Positions 37,561 to 46,638 of a stretch of DNA of 64,000 nt are shown one piece after another. The notes under the pieces were generated by a model that did not search any database, had not been told where the DNA came from, and was given only the letters and a program-made list of their open reading frames with translations. Position 1 is the stretch's first letter; every line of letters begins with the position of its first letter. The position numbers and the translations under genes are program-made. Source of the stretch: Candidatus Omnitrophota bacterium (GTDB lineage Bacteria > Omnitrophota > Gorgyraeia > Gygaellales > Profunditerraquicolaceae); assembly GCA_043812955.1 (NCBI GenBank), contig JBDRLN010000066.1, positions 885-64,884 of the forward strand. Direction: 5' to 3'.

Positions 37561-39087
37561 ATGTTAAATAAAAACGGTTTTGATAATGAAAAATATTTAA
37601 AAGAGCAGACCGCTGCGATCCTGAACCGGGTCAAGAAATTCGATAACAAGCTTTATCTGGAATTCGGAGGAAAGCTTTGTTTTGATTATCATGCGGCCCG
37701 CGTTCTTCCTGGTTACGACCCCAATGTTAAAATAAGGCTTTTACAGTCTTTAAAAGATAAAATCGATATTGTCCTGTGTATTTATGCCGGAGATATTGAA
37801 AAAGGCAGGGTGCGCGGAGATTTCGGGATAACTTATGACGCGGCTACCTTTAAATTGATCGATGATTTGAGGAAATGGGGTTTGGATATTTTGTCGGTAG
37901 TAATTACTCGGTTTGCGAACCAGCCTTTAAGCGTAATTTTTAAGAATAAATTAGAACGCCGGGGAGTTAAGGTAAACTTACATTATCCGATAGAAGGTTA
38001 TTCTACTAATTTTGATTTTGTAGTCAGCGAAAACGGTTTTGGTAAAAACGATTATATCGAAACTAAAAATCCAATTGTGATAATTACCGGGCCTGGGCCT
38101 AACAGCGGTAAGTTATCCACCTGCCTCTCTCAGTTATATCATGAACATAAAAGAGGAATAAATGCCGGCTATGCCAAGTTTGAGACTTTTCCTATCTGGA
38201 ATATGCCTTTGAAACATCCGGTAAATGTAGCTTATGAGGCAGCTACCGCTGATATCCTGGATTTTAATCTAGTTGATCCTTTTCACCTTGAGAAATACCA
38301 GGAGGCAGCCATAAATTACAACCGGGATGTGGAAAGCTTCCCTATTCTGAAATTAATCCTGACTAAAATCCTGGATAAACAAGCCGATATGCCGATGTAT
38401 AATTCTCCGACGGATATGGGGGTTAACCGGGCTGGTTTCGGGATCGTGGATGATAAAGTGGTTCAGGAAGCAGCTAAACAGGAATTGATCCGGCGTTATT
38501 TCAGGTATAATGGCGAATATTTATTAGGGGTTGAGAAGAAAGAGACAGTGGATCGGGCAGGTTTGTTAATGGAGGAATTAGGAATAAAGGTTACGGATAG
38601 GATAGTGGTTGAACCGGCCAGAAAGACCGCTGAAGAGGCTGAAAGCAAAGGCAAGGGTAATTCCGGTATTTATTGCGGAGCAGCTATCCAGTTACGCGAC
38701 GGCAGGATTATAACCGGAAAGAATTCTTATCTTATGCATGCGGCTCCCAGCCTGGTCTTAAACGCAGTCAAAGTTTTAGCGAATATACCGGATGAGATCT
38801 TGCTTTTATCCCCTCATATTATAAGCCAGATCTCCAAATTAAAAGAAGGTATACTGGGTAATGAAACAGAGAGCCTGGATTTGGAAGAGGCCTTGATCGC
38901 TCTTTCGATCAGCGCCGCTACTAATCATACTGCTGAAGTAGCGATGAATAAATTGGTAGAATTAAAAGGGTGCGAAGTGCATATGACCCATATCCCTACT
39001 CCTGGAGATGAAGTGGGGCTTAAAAGGCTGGGAGTAAATCTGACTACCGATGGGAAGTTTTCTTCCCGTAACCTCTTTGTTACTTAA
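37561..39087 (+). CDS. DUF1846 / UPF0371 family protein
   Basis: GFDNEKYL..KLYLEFGGKL..DYHAARVLPG, GPGPNSGKLSTCLSQLY, YAKFETFP. Confidence 0.9.
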   Translation: MLNKNGFDNEKYLKEQTAAILNRVKKFDNKLYLEFGGKLCFDYHAARVLPGYDPNVKIRLLQSLKDKIDIVLCIYAGDIEKGRVRGDFGITYDAATFKLIDDLRKWGLDILSVVITRFANQPLSVIFKNKLERRGVKVNLHYPIEGYSTNFDFVVSENGFGKNDYIETKNPIVIITGPGPNSGKLSTCLSQLYHEHKRGINAGYAKFETFPIWNMPLKHPVNVAYEAATADILDFNLVDPFHLEKYQEAAINYNRDVESFPILKLILTKILDKQADMPMYNSPTDMGVNRAGFGIVDDKVVQEAAKQELIRRYFRYNGEYLLGVEKKETVDRAGLLMEELGIKVTDRIVVEPARKTAEEAESKGKGNSGIYCGAAIQLRDGRIITGKNSYLMHAAPSLVLNAVKVLANIPDEILLLSPHIISQISKLKEGILGNETESLDLEEALIALSISAATNHTAEVAMNKLVELKGCEVHMTHIPTPGDEVGLKRLGVNLTTDGKFSSRNLFVT

Positions 39088-39099
39088 TTAAGGAGTTTC

Positions 39100-40494
39100 G
39101 TGTCCGTACGAATAAAATTTCTCGGCGGAGTCAGGTCAGTCACCGGCTCAAGCCACTTAATTTCTACAGATAAATCTGAGATACTCTTAGACGCCGGATT
39201 ATTCCATGGCCACCGGAATGATTTCTACGATATCAATACTACCTTCAGTTATAATCCCCGTAAACTTAATGCCATGCTTTTATCCCATGCCCATATTGAC
39301 CATAGCGGGAATATCCCCAGCCTCCTAAAAAAAGGGATGCGCTGTAAGATATATACTACTGAAGCCACCAGGGATCTATGCAAATTAATGCTCGAAGATT
39401 CTGGTAAGATCCAGGAAGAAGATATCCGGTATGTAAATAAAATTAACCGTAGATTAGGTCTGCCTTTAAGAAAAGTGCTTTATAACAGGAAAGAGGCCCG
39501 CCACGCTGCCAAGAGGTTTCATCCGGTTCCTTATAGCCAGAAGACTTGTGTGGCTAATAATGCTTTTGCTACTTTTTATGATGCTGGTCATATTCTGGGT
39601 TCTTCGATCATAGTATTAGATATCCGGGATGGAACCCGCAGCCTACGTTTAGGTTATGCAGTAGATTTAGGCAGAAGAAATCTTCCTCTATTAAACGATC
39701 CCTTTATTCCTACGGGCCTGGATTATCTGATTATAGAGAGCACTTATGGGGGAAGGGTACGGCCTCCAATTGAAGAAGCCAAGATCAAGCTTAAAGAGGT
39801 AATTTTACGTACAATCGAGCGCAAGGGAAAGATCCTGATCCCGGCTTTTACCCTGGAACGCACCCAGGAAGTGCTCTATTTTTTAAGCGAACTCTTTAAA
39901 GATAAATCTCTCCCGTTTATCCCGGTTTATGTTGATAGCCCATTAGCGACGGATATAACCGACGTATTTAAATACCACTTGGATTATCTTAATCAAGAGA
40001 CCCGCCAGCACATATCCCAAGGCCAGAGCCCTTTTGAATTCCTGAATTTGAGTTATATCCGCGACCAGAAAGAATCCAAAGTCTTAAATAATGACCGCCG
40101 GCCAATGATTATCATTGCCGGGTGCGGAATGTGCGAAGCCGGAAGGATCGTCCATCACATTAAAAACAATATTGAGGATTCCCGCAATACTATATTAGTA
40201 GTCGGTTATATGGCCAAAAATACTTTAGGCAAGAGGATTGTAGAAAAAAATCCCTTTGTGCGTATATTTGGCATTGAATACCAGCTAAATGCCGAGGTAG
40301 TGGTGATCAATTCATTTTCCGGGCACGCGGATAAGAATGAACTGACTGATTTTATAACCCAATCCTTGCCTTTAAAAAGGATATTCTTAGTCCACGGAGA
40401 TATGGAGCAGACCCAGCCTTTATTCGATAGCCTCTCTCAAATATGCCAAAATGTATATATCCCGGCAAAAGACGAAGAAATCTTGCTTGAATAG
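39100..40494 (+). CDS. MBL-fold beta-CASP ribonuclease
   Basis: LSHAHIDHSG, AGHILGS, ESTYG, FSGHAD, LVHGD. Confidence 0.92.
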   Translation: MSVRIKFLGGVRSVTGSSHLISTDKSEILLDAGLFHGHRNDFYDINTTFSYNPRKLNAMLLSHAHIDHSGNIPSLLKKGMRCKIYTTEATRDLCKLMLEDSGKIQEEDIRYVNKINRRLGLPLRKVLYNRKEARHAAKRFHPVPYSQKTCVANNAFATFYDAGHILGSSIIVLDIRDGTRSLRLGYAVDLGRRNLPLLNDPFIPTGLDYLIIESTYGGRVRPPIEEAKIKLKEVILRTIERKGKILIPAFTLERTQEVLYFLSELFKDKSLPFIPVYVDSPLATDITDVFKYHLDYLNQETRQHISQGQSPFEFLNLSYIRDQKESKVLNNDRRPMIIIAGCGMCEAGRIVHHIKNNIEDSRNTILVVGYMAKNTLGKRIVEKNPFVRIFGIEYQLNAEVVVINSFSGHADKNELTDFITQSLPLKRIFLVHGDMEQTQPLFDSLSQICQNVYIPAKDEEILLE

Positions 40495-40610
40495 GGAATA
40501 TGTGGTACTATAATTTCTCATAATTTAGGAATAGGTAGGGATAAAGGTAAAGAAAACCATCCTATACCTATTCCTTTACCTATACCTAATCTATTTAAGG
40601 AGGATTACAA

Positions 40611-40838
40611 ATGGTAGGCGGATTTTCGACACCCAAAAAAGATAAAGAACTTAAGGTCTCCGGAGGAGAAAAAGTAAAAAAAGGCCAGATTCTCTGCCGG
40701 CAGGTAGGCGGGTATAAAGCCGGTGTTAATGTAAGCGGCATAGCTATTTTACATGCTGATTGTGACGGAAAAGTATCTTTCTCGCGCAAAAAGACCGGCT
40801 CCGGTAAATTAAGGACTTATATTAACGTTTTGTCTTAG
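40611..40838 (+). CDS. rpmA: Divergent 50S ribosomal protein L27 homologue
   Basis: LKVSGGEKVKKGQILCRQ.G..KAGVNV....LHA..DGKVSF......RTYINV; SD AAGGAGG. Confidence 0.75.
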   Translation: MVGGFSTPKKDKELKVSGGEKVKKGQILCRQVGGYKAGVNVSGIAILHADCDGKVSFSRKKTGSGKLRTYINVLS

Positions 40839-40844
40839 AGGTAT

Positions 40845-41972
40845 ATGCTGGGCAGGGGCGTTAATAATATAGCTGATAGATCCAGGATATATTCATTAAT
40901 TAAATATACCCTGGCTATCGCAGAATTAACTTATCTTATATTAGTTCTTTTACTATTTCAGTTTTCAGGGGCATCTTACCTGTTATCCGATTGGATAAAG
41001 CAGCTGGTCACACCAGCCTGGCTAGTGCTACCCGTATACCTTTTCCTCGCCCACCTGACGTATTATTTCTTAAATTTACCCTTAAATTTCTGCCATTCTT
41101 TTTTTGTAGAACATCAATTTGGCTTATCCACCCAGAAAATTCCGGACTGGATAAAAGACCAGCTAAAATCCTGGATAATATCCTATCTGATCATAATTAT
41201 CTGCTTGGAGGTTTTTTACTATAGTTTAAAATTAAGCCCTTATTACTGGTGGGGAATAGTTTCTGCCTTTTGGATATTTTTTAATCTGGTTTTAGCTAAG
41301 GTTGCTCCCGTAATTATAATCCCCTTATTCTTTAAATATAAGGAAATCTGCGACGATAAATTAAAACAGAGGATTCTAAATTTAGCTGCCAGGATGAAGG
41401 TAAAGGTTTTGGATGTGTTTGAGATTAATTTTAGCCGGAAGAGCTTAAAAGGCAATGCCGCTTTTGTGGGAATGGGCGCTACAAAACGGGTACTGCTTGC
41501 CGACACCTTAAAAGATAAATACAATTATGATGAAATTGAGGTTATCTTGGCCCATGAATTTGCCCATTTTTACCTGAAACATCTATTAAAATTAGTTATC
41601 ATGAATTCCCTACTGACGATAGTTTTTTTCTGGCTGATTTCAAAGTATAGTTTTTATTTTTTGAGTTTATTTGGGCTGTATTCACTTTCTGAAATCGCGG
41701 CTCTGCCGCTTATTTTTATTTATTTTATCCTATTCGGTATAATTATGGATCCGTTAAGTAATTTTATCAGCCGCAGGTTTGAAACTAATGCCGACAGGAT
41801 GAGCATACAAGCGACCGGATTAAAAGAATCTTTTATTTCAGCAATGGAGAAACTAGGGCTTCAGAACCTGGCTGACTGTAATCCTCATCCGATAATTAAA
41901 TTTATCTTTTTTAGCCATCCGCCTATTAGCGAACGTATTGCCTTGGCCAGGGCATATAGTCTTAAAGATTAG
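40845..41972 (+). CDS. M48 (Ste24-like) zinc metalloprotease
   Basis: NAAFVGMG, LAHEFAH, SRRFETNAD, SHPPISERI. Confidence 0.93.
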   Translation: MLGRGVNNIADRSRIYSLIKYTLAIAELTYLILVLLLFQFSGASYLLSDWIKQLVTPAWLVLPVYLFLAHLTYYFLNLPLNFCHSFFVEHQFGLSTQKIPDWIKDQLKSWIISYLIIIICLEVFYYSLKLSPYYWWGIVSAFWIFFNLVLAKVAPVIIIPLFFKYKEICDDKLKQRILNLAARMKVKVLDVFEINFSRKSLKGNAAFVGMGATKRVLLADTLKDKYNYDEIEVILAHEFAHFYLKHLLKLVIMNSLLTIVFFWLISKYSFYFLSLFGLYSLSEIAALPLIFIYFILFGIIMDPLSNFISRRFETNADRMSIQATGLKESFISAMEKLGLQNLADCNPHPIIKFIFFSHPPISERIALARAYSLKD

Positions 41973-41974
41973 CG

Positions 41975-42090
41975 TTGACCATTCCAGCTCTAAGCGGTAG
42001 AATAATGTTGGTGATGCGGGGGTAAAGTAATGGTTTTTAAAAGATCAATGTTTTAGGCAGACTCTTTTGTCCGGGGCCTGCCTATTTTTT
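41975..42090 (+). promoter_or_regulatory. Promoter and terminator-containing leader of the response regulator
   Basis: TTGACC-17-TAGAAT; taggcag/ctgccta stem + T6 at 42054-42090. Confidence 0.45.
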
Positions 42091-42128
42091 ACCATTTTCA
42101 TTACAAAAACTCAATGGGGGAGGTTAAT

Positions 42129-42506
42129 ATGGCGGATATTTCTTCCAAGAAGATTTTGCTGGTTGATGATGAAGAAGATGTCCAGGTTTATTTGGGCAAT
42201 ATTTTAAAACGGCACAATTATAAAGTTATCATTGCCACTAACGGTAATAATGGCTTGGATTTGGCCAAACAAGAATTGCCGGATTTGATTGTTTTGGATA
42301 TTATGCTTCCGGATATTGAAGGCAGTGACGTAGCCAGTAAGCTCTCAGAGGATCCGGTTACTAGGAATATCCCGATTATATTCTTAACAGCAATAATACG
42401 CAAGCAAGAAGAGGAAGCGATGATGAAAACCGGTAAACATTATATCCTGGCTAAGCCGGCGATGAAAGAAGATATTCTTGCCCTGATTAACAAAATCCTC
42501 AACTAA
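42129..42506 (+). CDS. Single-domain response regulator
   Basis: ILLVDDE, PDLIVLDIMLP, IIFLTA, KP. Confidence 0.92.
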   Translation: MADISSKKILLVDDEEDVQVYLGNILKRHNYKVIIATNGNNGLDLAKQELPDLIVLDIMLPDIEGSDVASKLSEDPVTRNIPIIFLTAIIRKQEEEAMMKTGKHYILAKPAMKEDILALINKILN

Positions 42507-42512
42507 ATTTAT

Positions 42513-42571
42513 TAGGGGGCGTTTCTATTTTTTCGCCTCTCGGGATTTAAAGAAAATAGAAACGTCCCCTA
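42513..42571. repeat. Palindrome (TAGGGGgCGTTTCTATTTT...AAAATAGAAACGTCCCCTA) between convergent genes
   Basis: ~19-bp inverted repeat with GTCCCC end like family A; probably a bidirectional terminator. Confidence 0.7.
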
Positions 42572-42590
42572 TTTCGTCCTCTATAGGTCG

Positions 42591-43730
42591 TTATTTATTT
42601 AGATAATCGAGAATGATTTTGGCGGCCCGGGTTGCAGCCCCGGGTGAGCCTAATTGGGACTTGACCTCAGCCAATCCCTTGATCATTTCATCCAATTTGG
42701 ACGGGCTATTTAAGAGTGCGAGCGCTTCTTCAGCGATTTTTTCAGGTCTAGCCTGAGATTGGATAAATTCCGGAATAAGCTTCTTGCCGGCTACAATATT
42801 TACCATTCCGATAAAAGGTATTTTTACCTGCGGCCGATACAGCAAATAATTTAACCGGTTCATCTTGTAGATTATAAAAAATGGTTTTTGCATAATCGCG
42901 GTTTCTAAAGTTGCGGTGCCGGAACAGACTAAGGCGAAATCCGCGGCCTCCAGGCAGTCATATGTCCTGGCTTCAACTATTCTTAGGTCAAAACCTAAAT
43001 TCTTTGTGAATCTACCATAAACAGAAAAGTCAACCAGGGCTGATTTTGCTATGATAAACTGAAGTTTAGTAATTTTTTTATTTATCAGCTTGGCGGTTTC
43101 CAGCATTATGGGCAGGATATTTTTGATCTCCTGCTTGCGCGAGCCAGGTAAAAGGGCAATGGTGATATTTGCCCCGGAGAATTTAATTTCTTCCAGGATT
43201 CTTGCTTTCTGGTTTTGAGGTTTGACTATATCCAGCAGAGGATGCCCGACAAAATCGGCCGTTATATTATTACGGCAATAAAAATCCTCCTCAAATTTAA
43301 AAAGCACGATCATCTTTGATATGTATTTTTTGATGGTCTGGATTCTCCCCGGCCGGCTGGCCCAGACCTGGGGTGAGATATAATATATAACCGGTATCTT
43401 TTTATTAATAGCCCTGGCGAGCCGGAGGTTAAATCCGGAAAAATCCACCAGGATTATTCCCAGAGGTTTGATTGCAGTGATTTTATTTAAGATAAGCCTT
43501 TTTAGTTCTAGAAATTTAGGAAGTTTTTTTATGGCTTCAAAAAAACCGAATACGCTCAAATTTTTTATATCGCGATAAATCTCAGCGGCTGTTTTGCTTA
43601 ATGATTCTCCGCCTATCCCGGAGATTTTTATCTGCGGGTCTATTTTTTTTATAGCCTTAGCTAGCTCGCCGGCCTGGAGGTCTCCGGAGGGCTCTCCACA
43701 GACTATAAAGATTTGTTTTATTTGCGCCAT
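42591..43730 (-). CDS. lpxB: Lipid-A-disaccharide synthase
   Basis: GEPSGD, YYISPQVWASR, FVGHPL, LLPGSRKQEI, SGTATLE. Confidence 0.95.
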   Translation of the reverse strand: MAQIKQIFIVCGEPSGDLQAGELAKAIKKIDPQIKISGIGGESLSKTAAEIYRDIKNLSVFGFFEAIKKLPKFLELKRLILNKITAIKPLGIILVDFSGFNLRLARAINKKIPVIYYISPQVWASRPGRIQTIKKYISKMIVLFKFEEDFYCRNNITADFVGHPLLDIVKPQNQKARILEEIKFSGANITIALLPGSRKQEIKNILPIMLETAKLINKKITKLQFIIAKSALVDFSVYGRFTKNLGFDLRIVEARTYDCLEAADFALVCSGTATLETAIMQKPFFIIYKMNRLNYLLYRPQVKIPFIGMVNIVAGKKLIPEFIQSQARPEKIAEEALALLNSPSKLDEMIKGLAEVKSQLGSPGAATRAAKIILDYLNK

Positions 43731-44638
43731 ATCTGTTTTTGGATTAATAAAGCGATCCTTAACGCCTCCCGGGCTACCTCTCCGGATACGACAGGTTCAG
43801 TATTTTCCCGGACGCAGCTGATAAAGGAACGAAGTTCTTTTTGCAGGGGTTGTTCTTTTTCAATGGGCAGGTCAAGTTTAGTGATACTTAAGCCTTTTTT
43901 TTCGTATACACAGGCTCGGGCCTCTTTATAGTCTAAGGATATGTAGGTATTCTCCTGAAAGATCCGGATCTTACGCATTACCTCGTCGGATACCCGGCTG
44001 GCAGTTAGGTTAGCAACGCAGCCGTTTTTAAAAGTTATCCTGACATTGGCAATATCCTCAAACGGGGTGAGTACCCCTATGCCGACGGACTCGATCTTTT
44101 TAATCTTAGACGGGACCAATCCTAAGATAATATCAATATCATGGATCATGATATCCATTACTGCGCCCACATCCAGGGAGCGGTTGGGAAACTGGCTTAA
44201 GCGGTGGCATTCAATAAATTTAGGGTTGTGGATAATATCGCGAACTGCCTTAAAAGCGGAATTAAATCTTTCGATGTGGCCTACTTGCAGGATTAATTTA
44301 TTTTTGCGGGCCAGCCTGATTAGAGAGTTTGCTTCTTTAAGATTAACGGTAAAAGGTTTCTCTACTAAGACAGGGATATTTTGTTTTAGAAAATCCCGGG
44401 CAATTTGGTAATGTAGTTTAGTGGGCACGGCAATACTTACCGCATCGACCCGGCCGAATAAATCCCGGTAATCTTTAAACCCGCTCACGCCTAATTCTTC
44501 GGATAATTTAGCTAGTTGTTGCGGATTGGTATCGCAAATTCCTTCCAGCTGGCAATTTTCGATTTCTTTGTAGATTTTGGCATGCAGGCTTCCCAGGTAT
44601 CCTGTGCCGATTACCGCCACTTTGATTAGGTTGTCCAT
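43718..44638 (-). CDS. Gfo/Idh/MocA oxidoreductase, probable UDP-GlcNAc 3-dehydrogenase (GnnA-like)
   Basis: GTGYLGSLHA, AVPT..H, LVEKP, QVGHIERFN, DIMIHDID, ANLTASRVS; overlaps lpxB. Confidence 0.8.
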   Translation of the reverse strand: MDNLIKVAVIGTGYLGSLHAKIYKEIENCQLEGICDTNPQQLAKLSEELGVSGFKDYRDLFGRVDAVSIAVPTKLHYQIARDFLKQNIPVLVEKPFTVNLKEANSLIRLARKNKLILQVGHIERFNSAFKAVRDIIHNPKFIECHRLSQFPNRSLDVGAVMDIMIHDIDIILGLVPSKIKKIESVGIGVLTPFEDIANVRITFKNGCVANLTASRVSDEVMRKIRIFQENTYISLDYKEARACVYEKKGLSITKLDLPIEKEQPLQKELRSFISCVRENTEPVVSGEVAREALRIALLIQKQIWRK

Positions 44639-44697
44639 AATATAAATGATAGCAAATCTTGCTTTAGGTTGCAAGACAAATATTTATAAACACAATT

Positions 44698-44779
44698 AAA
44701 AAGCAGGGACGGTTCTGAAACTGATCTTAAACTGTCCCCAAAAAAGGGACACTTTAGCTTTGTGTTCAGAACCGTCCCC
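44698..44779. repeat. Palindromic element family A, copy 3 (internal segment inverted)
   Basis: Same AAAAAGCA 5' flank, but the interior is the reverse complement of copy 1. Confidence 0.9.
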
Positions 44780-44872
44780 ATATTTGCATTAGTTATATAA
44801 AAATTAGGGGGTTGTCGCGCCTAATTATATACGCCGCAGCCGAATTTAGGTCGATTTAGTATTAATACTATT

Positions 44873-44904
44873 AAATATATTCAAATATATTCAAATATAT
44901 TCAA
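44873..44904 (+). repeat. AAATATATTC x3 tandem repeat in an AT-rich promoter region
   Basis: Direct reading. Confidence 0.8.
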
Positions 44905-44983
44905 TGACATTATATAGTATTAGTTAGAAAATAACACATTTATTGCTATATGCCATAATAAGTTAGATAAATAAAAAAAATAC

Positions 44984-45033
44984 TTGACAACTACTATTTA
45001 ATACTTTAAGATACCATCAAATAGTATTAAATA
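44984..45033 (+). promoter_or_regulatory. Promoter of the pilus cluster with an inverted-repeat operator
   Basis: TTGACA-17-TAAGAT; TATTTAATACT-N17-AGTATTAAATA at 44995-45033. Confidence 0.65.
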
Positions 45034-45050
45034 TATACAAGGTAAAAACT

Positions 45051-45242
45051 ATGTTAGAAGGTAAATTATTCACTGCTCAACAAGTAGCTCAGGAATTAGG
45101 TATTTCTAAGCAGACCCTTTTTCGTTATGAAAAAAAAGGAATCTTACCTAAGGCCAAGCGAAATTCAATTAATCGCTGGCGTCTATATACTGAACAAGAT
45201 ATTTTAATATTAAAAGGGATAATTGAGGTGAGTATTGGATAG
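45051..45242 (+). CDS. MerR-family HTH-only DNA-binding protein
   Basis: FTAQQVAQELGISKQTLFRYEKKGILP...N.WRLYT. Confidence 0.88.
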   Translation: MLEGKLFTAQQVAQELGISKQTLFRYEKKGILPKAKRNSINRWRLYTEQDILILKGIIEVSIG

Positions 45243-45684
45243 GAAGATTTTTCATGTTTTAATTATTTTGGGCATTTTATTTTTCTCTTCTTGCGTAAAG
45301 GAAGAAGGGGCGCGGGCTATTAAGAAATCCGGTAGGATTGGGAAAAATAAAGAAAAAGCAGCGGCCGATCCAGCTAATGTTTCATTGCCACAAGAGAATA
45401 TTACGGTTAATTTTGATAAACAGCGAAATCCATTTTTAACCCCGGAAGAAGAATTAAAATTCAGGGATAAGGAAGGGCGTTTGATAATTGATAAACCTCG
45501 CGTTTTAGCGGTATTTTCTTCCCCCGGCAAAAGCGGCGCGCTTATAGGCGGAAGGGTTTTTAAGGTGGGTGATATTTTTGACAATAAAGAGGTTATAGGG
45601 ATAAGCCCTTCAGGGGTCATACTTAAAGACAGGCATACCCAGTATATATTGAAGATGCCGGATATTATCGAGAGGAGTCCTTAA
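45235..45684 (+). CDS. PilP/GspC-like lipoprotein
   Basis: FSSC lipobox, RNPF, ALIGG..FKVGD, position before the secretin. Confidence 0.55.
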   Translation: MDRKIFHVLIILGILFFSSCVKEEGARAIKKSGRIGKNKEKAAADPANVSLPQENITVNFDKQRNPFLTPEEELKFRDKEGRLIIDKPRVLAVFSSPGKSGALIGGRVFKVGDIFDNKEVIGISPSGVILKDRHTQYILKMPDIIERSP

Positions 45685-46589
45685 TGCAGGGGTTTTTAAG
45701 GGCAGTGGTATTACTAATGATTATTAACCTGTTAATTGCGCCCAAGGCCAGAGATTACCTTTCTGCTCAATCATCTCAAGAGGTGGTTTCGAGTTTGCCA
45801 AGTAGAGGTGAACAGGGTATCCCTGGGCAGATTGGGACAGGATCAGGCAGCCAAGAACAAGATATTAGCCAAGATTCTATTGCCGAGTCATCCCCGCTTA
45901 TAGAGATAAAGAGAATAAGTCCGGATAGCGACCTTTTTTCTATAGAATTAAGGGATGAGACATTGAGGAATATTTTCCAGTATATTGCTCACAATTATAA
46001 TTTAAATATCTTAGTGGATAATGAGGTTAGCGGTAATATAAAGGCTAGCTTTACCAATATTTCCTTAGAAGAGGCGATGGATAGCATTGCCGAGATCAGC
46101 AATCTTATCTTGGAAAAAAAGAAGAATATTATTGTAGTTAAACCAAATCTAATTACCCGGATTTTTGTGCTTAAGTATACGGAGGCCAAGAAAATAGCTC
46201 AGATTTCTAGCTCTGTGTCAAGCCAGGCAGCTGAGACTACGGGGGCCACAGCGAAAAGTTCTGAATCTTCCGCTGTTTCTGGCGCTTCCGAAGGCGCCAC
46301 AGCCTTGGCCAGCAGCAAACAGGAAAGCACTATCTATGATTTGCTTTCGGATAAAGGAAAAGTTTTGCTGGGTAAGCAACCTAATTCCCTTATGGTTATT
46401 GACTATCCGCCGAATATTGCTAGGATAGAGAATTATCTAAGCAGCATTGACCAGAAAATGGCCAGGCGAATTTTTAAGCTTAAATATTTAAAAGCTGGCC
46501 AGATTTCCGGAGGCGATTCCGGTAGCCTTTCTACTGATAGCACAGGAGGGGCAGCTAGTGCAACTAGTACTACTAGTTCAGGGTCATAA
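45684..46589 (+). CDS. Secretin N-terminal (STN/N0-N) protein, split PilQ/GspD part 1
   Basis: SIELRDE.LRNIFQYIA...NILVDNEVSG.I.ASF, TRIFVLKY, NSLMVIDYP; Ser/Thr-rich tail. Confidence 0.8.
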   Translation: MQGFLRAVVLLMIINLLIAPKARDYLSAQSSQEVVSSLPSRGEQGIPGQIGTGSGSQEQDISQDSIAESSPLIEIKRISPDSDLFSIELRDETLRNIFQYIAHNYNLNILVDNEVSGNIKASFTNISLEEAMDSIAEISNLILEKKKNIIVVKPNLITRIFVLKYTEAKKIAQISSSVSSQAAETTGATAKSSESSAVSGASEGATALASSKQESTIYDLLSDKGKVLLGKQPNSLMVIDYPPNIARIENYLSSIDQKMARRIFKLKYLKAGQISGGDSGSLSTDSTGGAASATSTTSSGS

Positions 46590-46638
46590 TCCGGTAGTAG
46601 CAGTAGTAGCGACGGATAATGAGAATAGGATAAGCTAA

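Noticed and set aside
44857-45050. Replication origin
   Set aside because: AT-rich with short repeats, but no cluster of DnaA boxes or dnaA/dnaN; better explained as a divergent promoter region
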